Of a stretch of 64,000 nt of DNA, positions 29,560 to 39,767 are shown one piece after another (the stretch's first letter is position 1; the number at the start of each line of letters is the position of its first letter). This DNA comes from an uncultured Desulfospira sp. (lineage in GTDB: Bacteria; Desulfobacterota; Desulfobacteria; Desulfobacterales; Desulfobacteraceae): positions 5,696,001-5,760,000 of the forward strand of contig OY760175.1 in assembly GCA_963663165.1 (NCBI GenBank), written 5' to 3'. Both the position numbers and the translations under genes were made by a program. The notes below the pieces were generated by a model. The model ran no database searches, had not been told where the DNA came from, and saw only the letters and a program-made list of their open reading frames with translations.

Positions 29560-31744
29560 GAATTTGAATCTCGTATATGTCCTGGTCTGAAGCCGTGTCC
29601 GGCACAACCCCTTCTTTGATAACCACCCGTTTAAGGGGATTTTTAATGGTCAGTTCACAATGTCTTCCCTGAATCAGGTTGCCTGTGCTGACATCAGAGT
29701 CAACCGTAATTTCAAGGATGCCGGGGTTGACTTCCTGCCAGGATTTGAACATCTCAAGCTCCTGTTCAAGATCCCGTCTTTTCTGGTCTAGATAGGTTAT
29801 TTTGTTCATGAGGGTATTGAGGTGGTTCCGTTTGATTTCCATGCGGTCAAGGCTGTCCATGAGTTCGGCACCCAGTCTTGAACACTGGATCCTGGCCTCG
29901 TTGAATCTGCCGGAAGAGGCCGGTTTATCCGTCCCCTGTTCTTTTTCCCGGGACAAGTCCAGGGCGATCCGGATCTTTTTTTCTGAGGCCCGGTCCAGTT
30001 CATCTGCCATCTGGGTGACCTTGCCGTTCAGGGCCTGGACCGTGTCGGTGGCAGCCGCGATCCTGAGCTTGAGGACCTCCATTTCATCTTTAATGGCGGC
30101 AAGTTCCTGTTCTGAAAGGCTTTGGGCCTTTTCAATAAACAGGTCCCGGCCCAGGATAATGGTATTGGGATTAGATTTTTCCGTCCCTATCCTCAAGGCA
30201 TGAATTCCCCTGTTGGCAGCCACCTTGGAGGCAATGATTTCCCCTTTGGGGATGAGGCATGTCCCGGAGCTGGTAATGCCTGAGTCAACAATTTCTTTTG
30301 TTACCCGGATATTTCCTAAGCAGGAAATCTCTGAACTGTGAACCGCGTTGGCCTTCACATTTCCCCAGGCATGAATGGACGCCTGAAAGACCCCTTTTTT
30401 AACGATGACATCCCCAAGGGCCTCAATGATTCCGCCTTCAACCTCGTCTATCCGGATGTCCCGGCCCCTGATTTTAAACCCTGATTTGAGGGTCCCCTTG
30501 ACCTCAATATCCCCGTCGTAGTCAACGTGGCCGGTATTGTAATCCACATCTTTGTCGACCCGGAAGGTTTCCTGAACCATGATCTCCCCGCCCTGGGTCA
30601 GTTTGGGGCAGCCGTTGGCCTGGGCATAAATTTTAAGCCCGTCCTCTGAAAGGGCCGCCCCTTCCCTGGCATTGAAGCGGGCATCGCTTGTCTTTGGGGT
30701 TTCAATGGGTTCTCCGGAAACGGTCATTCCGGGTTCTGATTTTTTAACGGGGAATTTCTCGGCCAGGAGCATCCCTTTTTCAACCATGGGCAGCTCCCCC
30801 CTTTCCCTGAAATCAATATTCCCCTCGTCATCCATCTCTCCGGCCTTAAGGTGGTCTGTATCAAAATAATATTCCACCCGGGCGTCTTCCCCTAAAACAG
30901 GTTCCTTGCCTTTGGCCACCTGGAATGCATTTTTTTTAAAGCCGGTGGAGGCGATGAAATTCTGGAGTACCTCTTTGTTGACCACCCCAAAGGTGACACT
31001 GTTGTCCCGGAGGATATCCATGATGTCTTCTACCTGGATCTGGTTTGAAAATCCGTCATCTTTTTTCAGGAACGCCGCCATCCGGTCTTCCTGGATATCA
31101 AGGAACAGGCCCTGGGCGACTCTTTTCTGAATCCGGGATGTGGACGCTTCTTCAGTGGTGTCAATGAGTTCCGGTTCCGGAAGTTCCGGTTCCGGGAATT
31201 CCAGTTCCGGCCAAAGGTCCATGTTAATTTCCGGAGTTTCTTCCAAAGGGGGCTCCAAGGTTGCGTCCGGTTCAATGGCCTGGGGCCGGGCGGTTTGTTC
31301 TGCCATGCCGTTTTCTGGAGACGGTTCCGGTTCGGCGGCCTCTTTTCCCGCAGCCGTGGGCTCGTTTGTCAGATGCCTGACCGCCTCTTGATACTGCTCT
31401 GGGGTAATTTGGCCGCTTTTCAGAAAAACATCACCGATAAACTCTGGTATTTTTTTGCCGCCGGCCCCTTTCTTTTGTTTGGCAATTTCTTTTTGGATGG
31501 TGGCTTGGTCCAGTAACCCCATTCTGGATAAAATCACTTCGAACCGGCTGTTCTTTTTCAGGATTTTTATGATTTTAACAATTTGAAGAATATTGTCCAT
31601 GTCCGGCTTGGAAATCATGTTCCGGGAAAGAAAATATTCCTTTAATGCCTGGTCGTATGCGGTGGCGTCTTTGCAGGCTTTTATGGCCTCAATGCACTGT
31701 CTGTTGGTGATCAGATTTTTTTGAAGAGCGATTTTTTCAATCAT
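29543..31744 (-). CDS. FapA / DUF342-family protein
   Basis: VAKGKEPVLGED, GNIDFRE, DVDYNTGHVDYDGD beta-helix region, coiled coil. Confidence 0.85.
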   Translation of the reverse strand: MIEKIALQKNLITNRQCIEAIKACKDATAYDQALKEYFLSRNMISKPDMDNILQIVKIIKILKKNSRFEVILSRMGLLDQATIQKEIAKQKKGAGGKKIPEFIGDVFLKSGQITPEQYQEAVRHLTNEPTAAGKEAAEPEPSPENGMAEQTARPQAIEPDATLEPPLEETPEINMDLWPELEFPEPELPEPELIDTTEEASTSRIQKRVAQGLFLDIQEDRMAAFLKKDDGFSNQIQVEDIMDILRDNSVTFGVVNKEVLQNFIASTGFKKNAFQVAKGKEPVLGEDARVEYYFDTDHLKAGEMDDEGNIDFRERGELPMVEKGMLLAEKFPVKKSEPGMTVSGEPIETPKTSDARFNAREGAALSEDGLKIYAQANGCPKLTQGGEIMVQETFRVDKDVDYNTGHVDYDGDIEVKGTLKSGFKIRGRDIRIDEVEGGIIEALGDVIVKKGVFQASIHAWGNVKANAVHSSEISCLGNIRVTKEIVDSGITSSGTCLIPKGEIIASKVAANRGIHALRIGTEKSNPNTIILGRDLFIEKAQSLSEQELAAIKDEMEVLKLRIAAATDTVQALNGKVTQMADELDRASEKKIRIALDLSREKEQGTDKPASSGRFNEARIQCSRLGAELMDSLDRMEIKRNHLNTLMNKITYLDQKRRDLEQELEMFKSWQEVNPGILEITVDSDVSTGNLIQGRHCELTIKNPLKRVVIKEGVVPDTASDQDIYEIQIHENNQ

Positions 31745-32053
31745 AAAACCGTTATCTTTTAGGCATATTGGGCGAAGGCGCCTTTCTATGAAATAAATGG
31801 AAAATTTATACCCAATTATTCTACCATAAGTTTGATGGAATACAAACGGATGTTTCAGTTTCCAACGGAAACCAAGTGATAAAGAGCTTTCTAAAATTGG
31901 TATCCAATGGTAAAATTTGCTTCTTTTTTATAATGATGGTCGGCCGCATTTTTTTACGGTCGGCCCCTTTTTAAAAACCCCATATTTGCGGACAAAGCCT
32001 GGTACCGCCCGTGAATCGCCGTTGGCAGATGGTTAATTGAGAAAGGAGTTGCA

Positions 32054-32458
32054 ATGGAGCCTGAGATTAAGATCCGAGGATATCATACAGACCTGTATCA
32101 GCATGTGAACAATGCCAGGTACCTTGAATTTTTAGAAGAGGCAAGATGGCAGCTTTTAGAAGACCATGTGGATCTTCAGACGTTCATGGAAAAAGGGTTT
32201 TTGTTTTTTGTGGTCAACATCAATATTTCTTATAAAAGTCAGGCCCGGGTGAACGATGTGATCCGGATCCGGTCAGGATTGGGAAAAATTGGAAACAAAA
32301 GCGCTGTGATCCGGCAGCAGGTGGTCAACCAGGCCACCGGACAGGTCTGTGTGGATGCGGATGTTACCTTTGTCCTGTCCGACTTTAAAGGCAAATCCCT
32401 CAAGCTTGAAGGGGAATTGCTGGCGCTGTTGAAACAGATCCCGGTACTAGAGGAATGA
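32054..32458 (+). CDS. YbgC/FadM-family acyl-CoA thioesterase
   Basis: RGYHTDLYQHVNNARYLEFLEEAR motif. Confidence 0.9.
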   Translation: MEPEIKIRGYHTDLYQHVNNARYLEFLEEARWQLLEDHVDLQTFMEKGFLFFVVNINISYKSQARVNDVIRIRSGLGKIGNKSAVIRQQVVNQATGQVCVDADVTFVLSDFKGKSLKLEGELLALLKQIPVLEE

Positions 32459-32906
32459 GCCAAAAACAAAAAACAAAAGATCCTCTTTGCATGGCTGTCT
32501 GGGTTGGGGCCATTTTTTTCATGGTTTTCGGCATGGCGGCACAGGGGGCTTGTGCGCAAACGAACGCCCCGGCTTCACAGATTAAATTTTCTCCCGGCGA
32601 GCAGCAGTGGCTTAATACCCATAAAACCGTCAGGATAGGCGGCCCCCGAAAGTTCCCGCCATTTCATTATTATGACGGGCAGGGCAACCTTAAGGGGATG
32701 AATGAACCGTTCCCATCTGCGCTAACTGTAAAAAAATAAGGGATGATCAAGGCTATTGGAACCATCTGGAATCCTTTATAGAGGCGCACTCACAAGCTTC
32801 TTTCAGCCACGGAATTTGTCCGGAATGCCAGGAAAAATTATACGGCAGCCAGAACTGGTACCGGGAAAAAACTGAGGATAAAAAAGGCTCACCCCCGGAG
32901 ACGTAA
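32455..32906 (+). pseudogene. internally deleted periplasmic-sensor gene
   Basis: Signal peptide plus start of a substrate-binding domain (EQQWL..FPPF), joined out of frame to a VPICANCKKIRDDQGYW..FSHGICPEC C-terminal module (32709-32906). Confidence 0.75.
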
Positions 32907-32927
32907 CGGCACCGGACAGAAAAAACA

Positions 32928-33830
32928 TTATGGATTTCCTGATAGTCCTGACACCAGGGCCGTGATGAGAATAATGAGACAGGCCAGAAGGGCCGCCGGT
33001 TCTTTAAACCGGTGTTCAAAGGTCCGGTGAAAGGGGAAAAAAATAACCCCAATGCCAAGCCCCATGAGAAATCCGAGGACATGGGCCCAGACATCGGTGG
33101 TTTCCCCGTGGCTGAACATGGCCACCAGGGTGGCGGCGCCAAAAAAAGGAATCAGCCGTTTCCAAATCCGGCTTTTCAGGCTTTCAAACCCGGCGGCCCC
33201 GGTTTTTTTCAGGGTCATCTGGTAAGCGGCAAGCCCCCCTGCGGCCCCCATGACCGCGGTGGATGCACCAATGGAAAGCCTTGCATTGGCCTGAAGCCAC
33301 GCATTGAGCAGGTTGCCGGATGTGCCGGCGGCCAGGAGCAGCAACGGCCCCGTACCGTAGCCTGAAACCCGGATCAAGGGGTCAGCAAAGATGAGCAGTC
33401 CCCCTAAGTTTCCGATCAGGTGCCGGGTATCGGCATGGATAAACAGGGCGGTGACGGCCCTGAAGGTTTCCCCCTGCATGATGTAAAGGTTTGACGCACC
33501 GAAGTCCATGATCAGTGCCCGGTGAAATCCTTTGGCGCAGCTGATGGCGTGGACTAGGATGAGCAGCCCCATGATGGCAAATGCCCCGGGAGCGCTGAAT
33601 GCAGATGGCCCGAATACCGGGGAAGGCGTTGGGGCGGCTGGTTCCTGGTTCTCCAGAATGTACCGGTTAACGTGAAACGAGGCGGCGGCACAATGGTCTG
33701 CCGGCACCAGGATATCAAAATCAGCCCGGCCGGTGTGGGGCTGGATAACCGCCGGAATGGCCTGGGAGGCCAGGATCAATAGGACCAGGTCGGCCTGCTT
33801 TTTATTAAGGCTTGAAAATAATCGGATCAT
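32928..33830 (-). CDS. rhomboid-family intramembrane serine protease
   Basis: ALFIHADTRHLIGN, SIGAS (catalytic Ser) and WAHVLG (catalytic His); multiple TMs. Confidence 0.88.
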   Translation of the reverse strand: MIRLFSSLNKKQADLVLLILASQAIPAVIQPHTGRADFDILVPADHCAAASFHVNRYILENQEPAAPTPSPVFGPSAFSAPGAFAIMGLLILVHAISCAKGFHRALIMDFGASNLYIMQGETFRAVTALFIHADTRHLIGNLGGLLIFADPLIRVSGYGTGPLLLLAAGTSGNLLNAWLQANARLSIGASTAVMGAAGGLAAYQMTLKKTGAAGFESLKSRIWKRLIPFFGAATLVAMFSHGETTDVWAHVLGFLMGLGIGVIFFPFHRTFEHRFKEPAALLACLIILITALVSGLSGNP

Positions 33831-33856
33831 TGGCAGGTCTCAGGTTTATCCGGCTG

Positions 33857-34008
33857 GTAACTGTTCAGCAGTGCCCCATCTTCGCTCATTCAGGCCTTCT
33901 CACATAGCAACAGTATGCTACGAAGGCCTGACTAAACAAATATGAAGCACTGATGAACAGTTACGGACCCTTGTTTTGCTTAGTTTTCAGCATTAGCTGA
34001 ATAGTTAC
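33857..34008. mobile_element. 152-bp MITE with terminal inverted repeats and 8-bp target duplication
   Basis: Ends GTAACTGTTCAGC / GCTGAATAGTTAC; TCCGGCTG directly flanks both sides (33849-33856 and 34009-34016). Confidence 0.8.
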
Positions 34009-34129
34009 TCCGGCTGAAGGTTATTAGACTGAAGGTTGAAGGGAGCCTGGCTTCTGCCAATCTTCAGCCTAAACCCCTTCAGCCTATCCACCTTTTTAAA
34101 CCTATCCAATAACGAAGGGAAAATAAAGC

Positions 34130-34927
34130 ATGAAAATCATCCGGTTTTTGTCCAGTGAGGATAAAGTTTGCTTAGGACACCAGTATGACGGGGATACGGC
34201 AGTGTTGCTTGACGGAGATATCTTCAGCCCCATGGCCGATACCGGCACACGGGCAGCGGTAAAAAAATTGTTGCCCCCCATTGATCCGCCGGCCGTGATG
34301 TGCATTGGCCTGAATTACAAACTTCATGCAAAGGAAACCGGGCTGCCCCTTCCCCAATATCCCGTGTTGTTCATGAAGAACCCGGCGGCGGTTTCAGGCC
34401 ATAAAGATCCCATTGTCATCCCGGCCGTTTGCGCTGATCCAGATGAAGTGGATTATGAGGCTGAACTGGCCGTTGTGATTAAAGAGGACACAAAAGACAT
34501 CCTTGTGGAAAACGCCCTTGATGCTGTTTTGGGGTATTGCTGCGCCAATGATGTGTCGGCCAGGCGATGGCAGAAACATGCCGGGGGCGGGCAGTGGATC
34601 AGGGGAAAAAGTTATGACGGATTCTGCCCTTTCGGCCCGGCCCTGGTTACCCCGGATGAGATAAAAAATCCCCAGGATCTTTCAATCCAGTGCCGGGTCA
34701 ACGGCCAGACCATGCAAAAAAGCCGTACCAGCGACATGATTTTTTCCGTGGCCCAGATCATCTCTTACCTGTCCGAAGCCACCACCCTGAAGGCCGGAAC
34801 CCTGATTCTTACCGGGACCCCTGAAGGGGTGGGATTTACCCGCAAACCACCGGTCTATCTTCGTCCCGGGGATCTGGTGGCGGTTGAAATTGAGGGCCTG
34901 GGCAGGCTGGAAAACCCCGTTGTTTAG
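34130..34927 (+). CDS. fumarylacetoacetate hydrolase family protein
   Basis: CIGLNY, DYEAELAVVI, NDVSAR, GKSYDGFCP and LTGTPEGVG motifs. Confidence 0.92.
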   Translation: MKIIRFLSSEDKVCLGHQYDGDTAVLLDGDIFSPMADTGTRAAVKKLLPPIDPPAVMCIGLNYKLHAKETGLPLPQYPVLFMKNPAAVSGHKDPIVIPAVCADPDEVDYEAELAVVIKEDTKDILVENALDAVLGYCCANDVSARRWQKHAGGGQWIRGKSYDGFCPFGPALVTPDEIKNPQDLSIQCRVNGQTMQKSRTSDMIFSVAQIISYLSEATTLKAGTLILTGTPEGVGFTRKPPVYLRPGDLVAVEIEGLGRLENPVV

Positions 34928-36350
34928 GCACCTGGGCCTGGCAGAGTTGCCCGGTCAGGGCAATGGCCTTTTCAATGTCCTGATTCCACATGCCGGCGTT
35001 GAGCCGCATGCAGTGAGAGAATTTGCCTTTAAGGGTAAATAGGGGACCGGGGGCGATGAGGATATTTCTTTTCATGGCCTGCCGGTACACCAGGGTGGTG
35101 TCCACATCATGGGGCAGTTCCACCCACAGCAAAAATCCGCCGTCCGGGTCTGTCACTTGGGTCCCCTGGGGAAAATGGGAAAGTACCGCCTGCCGCATTT
35201 GCCGGACCGCCTGGCTGACCTTTTTTCTCAGGTGTCTGAGATGCCGGTCATAGCCGCCCTCCTTTAAGAACCGGGCCACGGCGATCTGCTGGACAGATGC
35301 GGCGCAGATGTTCATAAGGGTTTTTATTTCCAGGATCTTATCGTAGGCCTTTCCCGGTGAAATCCAGCCGATTCTGAGTCCCGGCGCAATGGTTTTGGAA
35401 AAAGAGGAACAGTAGAGAACCCGGCCGGATTTGTCATGGCCCTTGCAGGTATCAGGCCGGTCCTTAAAGGCAATGTCCCCGTAGACATCATCCTCAATGA
35501 GCGGGATGTCGTACCGGGCCAGGAGGCGGACCAGCTTTTTCTTTTTCCACGAGGGCATGGAGAATCCCATGGGGTTGTTGAAGTTGGAAATTGTATACAT
35601 GGCCTTGACCTCCTGGCTTTCCAGGACAAATTCAAGGGTTTTCAGGCTGATGCCCTCGGCATCATGGCTCGGGATTTCAATGACCCGCAGATCCAGCTGC
35701 TTGAGCATATGAAAAAGGCTGAAGTAAATGGGGCTTTCAAAGACCACCGTATCCCCGGGCTTGCACAGGGCCATGAGGGAGAGGAAGACCGCTTCATGGC
35801 AGCCGTTGGTCACAATGATCTCTTCAGGGGAAAGATTCAACCCGGCCGTCAGGCCCTGGCGGGCGATCTGCTGACGCAGGGGCAGGTACCCCGGGGGCAT
35901 GAGATAATTTAAAGCTTCCACATCAGGCTGCCGGACCGCTTCCCCCATGAACCGGGCCATTTTTTCAGTGGGCCAGAATCCCGAATCCAGTCCGGCAATC
36001 CCCAGGTTCACCTTGGATTGGCTTTCCCCGTATTCCTTGAAGGCGGCATAGACCTGGCAGAAGTTGACTTCCTGGGGATTGAGCATCCGGGACTGCGCCG
36101 CATCGGTTTTCTCCGTGCTGTCCCACCCCAGAACAGACTGCTTTTTTACGTAAAACCCGGACTGGGGTACCGCCGCAATATAATTTTTATCCTCCAGCCG
36201 CCAGTAGGCTTCTTTAATGGTGTTGACGCTAAGGCCAAGTTCCCGGCTCAACTGACGGATGGACGGAATCTTATCTCCTTCCTGAAGGGCGCCGTTTTGG
36301 ATCAGGGTAACAATTCTGTCCGCTACCTGCTCATATCGCGTCTGTTTCAT
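34836..36350 (-). CDS. MocR/GntR-family PLP-dependent transcriptional regulator
   Basis: wHTH (IPSIRQLS..SVNTIKEAY..PQSGFYV) plus aminotransferase domain (IEDDVY, SFSKTIAPGLRIGW); start moved to 36350. Confidence 0.92.
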   Translation of the reverse strand: MKQTRYEQVADRIVTLIQNGALQEGDKIPSIRQLSRELGLSVNTIKEAYWRLEDKNYIAAVPQSGFYVKKQSVLGWDSTEKTDAAQSRMLNPQEVNFCQVYAAFKEYGESQSKVNLGIAGLDSGFWPTEKMARFMGEAVRQPDVEALNYLMPPGYLPLRQQIARQGLTAGLNLSPEEIIVTNGCHEAVFLSLMALCKPGDTVVFESPIYFSLFHMLKQLDLRVIEIPSHDAEGISLKTLEFVLESQEVKAMYTISNFNNPMGFSMPSWKKKKLVRLLARYDIPLIEDDVYGDIAFKDRPDTCKGHDKSGRVLYCSSFSKTIAPGLRIGWISPGKAYDKILEIKTLMNICAASVQQIAVARFLKEGGYDRHLRHLRKKVSQAVRQMRQAVLSHFPQGTQVTDPDGGFLLWVELPHDVDTTLVYRQAMKRNILIAPGPLFTLKGKFSHCMRLNAGMWNQDIEKAIALTGQLCQAQVPKQRGFPACPGPQFQPPPDPRDEDRPVVCG

Positions 36351-36449
36351 GATCACTCTCCCATACCCGCATTTGTTTTTAGGTCTGGCCGCCAGGGGGC
36401 TTTCCCGGCGCATGTTATTTCTTGTAACCTTTACCCTGTCCCGGAAAAA

Positions 36450-36526
36450 GATACAATTCCTGTTAAAAAAACAGGTACAGTTGGAGTCGGTATCCAACTG
36501 TGCCCATATCTTTTCGTTTCTGTGTC
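36450..36526. promoter_or_regulatory. putative MocR operator repeats
   Basis: GATACAATT and GGTACAGTT direct copies with an inverted AACTGTGCC between the divergent genes. Confidence 0.5.
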
Positions 36527-36622
36527 CCTTACACCTTTTCTGGCTCCAGGATATGCTTGACTCCGTCAATGCCGGGCATCTCATCCGGCATAAGGCATTT
36601 AACCCCGGAGCAGGAGACGGCC

Positions 36623-36883
36623 ATGAATTTATCAAAGAATCAGGTGATTGGTTTTAAGAACACCACCCTTAACGTCCGGTGTCTGTCAGGCATTCTCTGG
36701 CTCACCTGGCCCAACCGCCATGAACGCGTATTGAAACCCGGCCAGTCGGCCATTGTGACCAGCAGGGGAATCATCTGCATCCAGGCCTTTTCTTCTTCAG
36801 CATTCAGATTGGACAAAGTAAAAAAGAGATGGTGGGGGCTCCCGGATGATATTTTTAAAAAAAGGGCCACCCCGGCGCAATAG
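36623..36883 (+). CDS. small DUF2917-like protein
   Basis: AGGAG RBS; CLSGILWLT..VLKPGQ motif; divergent from the MocR gene. Confidence 0.65.
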   Translation: MNLSKNQVIGFKNTTLNVRCLSGILWLTWPNRHERVLKPGQSAIVTSRGIICIQAFSSSAFRLDKVKKRWWGLPDDIFKKRATPAQ

Positions 36884-36934
36884 GGCCGGGGTGGCAGTTG
36901 GAGGGATGGTATGGCGGGAAAATTGGCCGGTAGG

Positions 36935-37471
36935 TTATTGGGCTTGCTGCTGTTCAGGGGCAGGCCTTTCAGGGGTGTCCGCTGACAGGGCACCCAGGCA
37001 TCTGCCGTGGTTTCCAAAACCAGACCCCTTGCCGGGGCCCTGTCCCATGCCATGCCCGCGGCCCATACCGGGTCCACGGCCCATGCCGAATCCTTGAAAA
37101 TCCGGGGAAATCTTTTTGGCGGCAAGTTGGAAATCTATCCTTTTGACGGCCATTTCGGTCTGCAGGGGGCCAAGTTTCTCAACGATGGAGACCAGTTCTT
37201 CCTTGTCCGGGGTTGAGGTTTCCATGATCATTTTCATTTTCATTCTCAGGCCGGCGATTTCGGTTCTTTCTTTAACGGTATCATCAATAAATTTCTGGTG
37301 AAGGGCTTTGAGTTGGTCAAGCTGCTCCGGGCTCAGGTTCTGGCAGGCCCGTCCCCGGTGTGCTTTGCTGCCTTTATTCATCCCGCCCTTGGTGTTTGTC
37401 CAGCAAAAGGCAGTTGAAGCCATTAATGCAATGGTCAGAACAGTGATGATCAGTGTGAGTGATTTTTTCAT
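36935..37471 (-). CDS. ZraP/Spy/CpxP-like periplasmic protein
   Basis: Signal peptide, LSPEQ helix, G/M/H-rich tail; divergent from a two-component pair. Confidence 0.8.
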   Translation of the reverse strand: MKKSLTLIITVLTIALMASTAFCWTNTKGGMNKGSKAHRGRACQNLSPEQLDQLKALHQKFIDDTVKERTEIAGLRMKMKMIMETSTPDKEELVSIVEKLGPLQTEMAVKRIDFQLAAKKISPDFQGFGMGRGPGMGRGHGMGQGPGKGSGFGNHGRCLGALSADTPERPAPEQQQAQ

Positions 37472-37557
37472 GGGTAAATCTCCTTTATTAAATGGTTTGG
37501 TTCCGCATTTGTCTTTGTTGTTGGTTTTGGATGCTTCATCCGCTTGGAAATGTTTAT

Positions 37558-37573
37558 AGCAAGGGCTGTGCCA
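37558..37573 (-). promoter_or_regulatory. sigma54 -24/-12 promoter of the zraP-like gene
   Basis: Minus strand reads TGGCAC-AGCCC-TTGCT. Confidence 0.8.
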
Positions 37574-37955
37574 GGCAAGAAACTTGAGACTGGAAACAAG
37601 AGTGCGAGAATCGCGGTCGGATGGGCTTTTCAAGATTATATCCAATGGTTTGTTTTTTATTTTAACCGGTTTTTTCCGGGTTCAACATCTTGTTTCTTGT
37701 CTCTTGACCCCAGTTTCTTGTATACTTTTTACCCGGCACAGGGTAACCATATGGTTCCTAATTACTCAGTCCGGTCAGGGATCGGAAACAAGGTGCCGGG
37801 CCTGGGTGGGTTTCCAATGACTTTCTGGCCGGGTATGGTTTTTGCAAAAAAATAAAAGCGATGGAAACTGAAACCGTCAGGGGGGAGAGGTAATGGTTAT
37901 TCTTCAGCCTAACCCCCTTCAGCCTAAAAGCCTTCCTTAAAAGGGGTTTGAATAA

Positions 37956-39767
37956 ATGAAATTCGGAAAACAGCATCACCATATCATTTCACCTTATATG
38001 ATGGCCGGGGTCCTGGTGGTTCTTCTGCCCGTTTTTGTCTATATGACCTTTGACCGGATGGAACGGCAGAGGGCCTATATCCGGGGAAGGCTCCTGGCTG
38101 AAGGCAGTTCCCTGATCCGGACCTTTGAGGCCGGGACCCGGGCCGGAATGCTGTCCATGCCCTGGGGAATCCGCCGGGTCCAGTCCATGATTCTGGAAAC
38201 CTCATTTCAGCCGGATATCTCCTATATTATGATCACCTCAAAGACCGGACAAATCCTGGCCCATTCAGATGAGTCCATGGTCGGGGAACAGTTTGAGGGC
38301 ATGCCGGACCTGGAAAACCTTGACACGGATGCACTTTCATTTTCAGGTCGGACCCGGAACCTTGATGAAGGCCGGGTGTTTGAGGTGTTTAAACGGTTCA
38401 CTCCCATGAAAAGCCGGTTTATAGGCCGTCCCGGCCACAGGGGAGAAAAGCGGATGCACCGTCCCCTGCCCGCGCCTGATTTTGATATGGATGATAAAGG
38501 CCCTGTCCGGGAGTCATTTGAATTTAAAGCGCCCGGCGGTTCTCCGGTTTTCACCGATTCCGGGGAATACTACATCTTTGCCGGGTTTTCCATGGACCGG
38601 GCGAACCTGCTCGAACGGCAGTTGATCAAACACTCTGTGGGATCGGGAATTCTATTCTTTTTATTATGCGGTGCCGGGGTGATCAGCCTCATGGCCTATC
38701 AGCGGTACCGGTCTGCCCGGGCTGACCTCACCCAGGTTCAGGCCTTTTCAGACAATGTGGTGGAGAACATGCCCTCCGGCCTGGTCACCATTGATACCGG
38801 CCATACCATTACCCTGGTCAATCAGGCGGCGGTGAACATTCTGGGAAACGGCTTTAGCCGGCCGTTCCCTGAGATGAAGGCGATGGCGGACCATATGGCG
38901 GTGTCCGGTGAAGCCATCCTAAAAGAGGTAACCCTGACAAGGCAAAAGGGGGGGGATTTAAGGCTTGATATCACCGGCTCTCCCATCCGGAACAAAGACG
39001 GGCAGGTCATCGGTTTTTTGTTTTTGTTTAAGGATATGACCCAGATTCGTTCTTTGCAAAAGGAGGTGGAAACCACCCGCAGGCTGGCCGCCATCGGCAA
39101 ACTGGCCGGGGGTGTGGCCCACGAGATCCGGAACCCCTTAAGCTCCATCAAGGGGTTTGCCACTTATTTCATGAAACGGTACGAAAATGAGCCGGCAGAC
39201 GTTGAAACCGCCCGGATCATGGTCCAGGAAGTCGAACGGATCAACCGGTCCATTACCCAGCTGTTAGAGTTTGCCAAACCCATGGCCGTGGAAAAAAAGA
39301 CAGTGGAGATTGAGCCCTTAATTACCCATTCCCTGCGCCTGGCCGACCATGATTTCAAAGAGAAAAATATTCACACCAAAGTGGAAATTGATCCCGGCCT
39401 GTCCAGGTTTATGACCGATCCGGACCGGCTTAACCAGGTGCTGCTTAACTTGTATATCAATGCCGTCAATGCCATGGAGCCGGAAGGAAAACTCTTTGTC
39501 CGGGCAGGGTTTGGCCCGGACAAACGCCATTTTGAAATTGAAGTGGGCGATACCGGCTGCGGCATGGACCAGGAGACCCTGGAGAATATCTTTGATCCCT
39601 ATTTTACCACCCGCCAGAGCGGCACCGGTTTAGGGCTGTCCATTGTCCATAGGATTGTGGAAAATCTGGGCGGTGACATCCGGGTAGACAGTGTGCCGGG
39701 AAAGGGGACAAGGTTTACGCTTTCGTTTTTATTGGCTGCTGCCAAAGAAAAGGACCTTAACAAATGA
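37956..39767 (+). CDS. ZraS/HydH-like sensor histidine kinase
   Basis: Two TMs, PAS, AHEIRNPL H-box, N/G1/F/G2 boxes. Confidence 0.9.
   Translation: MKFGKQHHHIISPYMMAGVLVVLLPVFVYMTFDRMERQRAYIRGRLLAEGSSLIRTFEAGTRAGMLSMPWGIRRVQSMILETSFQPDISYIMITSKTGQILAHSDESMVGEQFEGMPDLENLDTDALSFSGRTRNLDEGRVFEVFKRFTPMKSRFIGRPGHRGEKRMHRPLPAPDFDMDDKGPVRESFEFKAPGGSPVFTDSGEYYIFAGFSMDRANLLERQLIKHSVGSGILFFLLCGAGVISLMAYQRYRSARADLTQVQAFSDNVVENMPSGLVTIDTGHTITLVNQAAVNILGNGFSRPFPEMKAMADHMAVSGEAILKEVTLTRQKGGDLRLDITGSPIRNKDGQVIGFLFLFKDMTQIRSLQKEVETTRRLAAIGKLAGGVAHEIRNPLSSIKGFATYFMKRYENEPADVETARIMVQEVERINRSITQLLEFAKPMAVEKKTVEIEPLITHSLRLADHDFKEKNIHTKVEIDPGLSRFMTDPDRLNQVLLNLYINAVNAMEPEGKLFVRAGFGPDKRHFEIEVGDTGCGMDQETLENIFDPYFTTRQSGTGLGLSIVHRIVENLGGDIRVDSVPGKGTRFTLSFLLAAAKEKDLNK

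Noticed and set aside
36351..36635. N-terminal extensions in the ORF track (MocR; also those starting 5734, 37645, 44318, 50201, 57451)
   Set aside because: The extensions cross promoters or neighbouring genes; downstream ATGs match the domain starts, mostly with an RBS.
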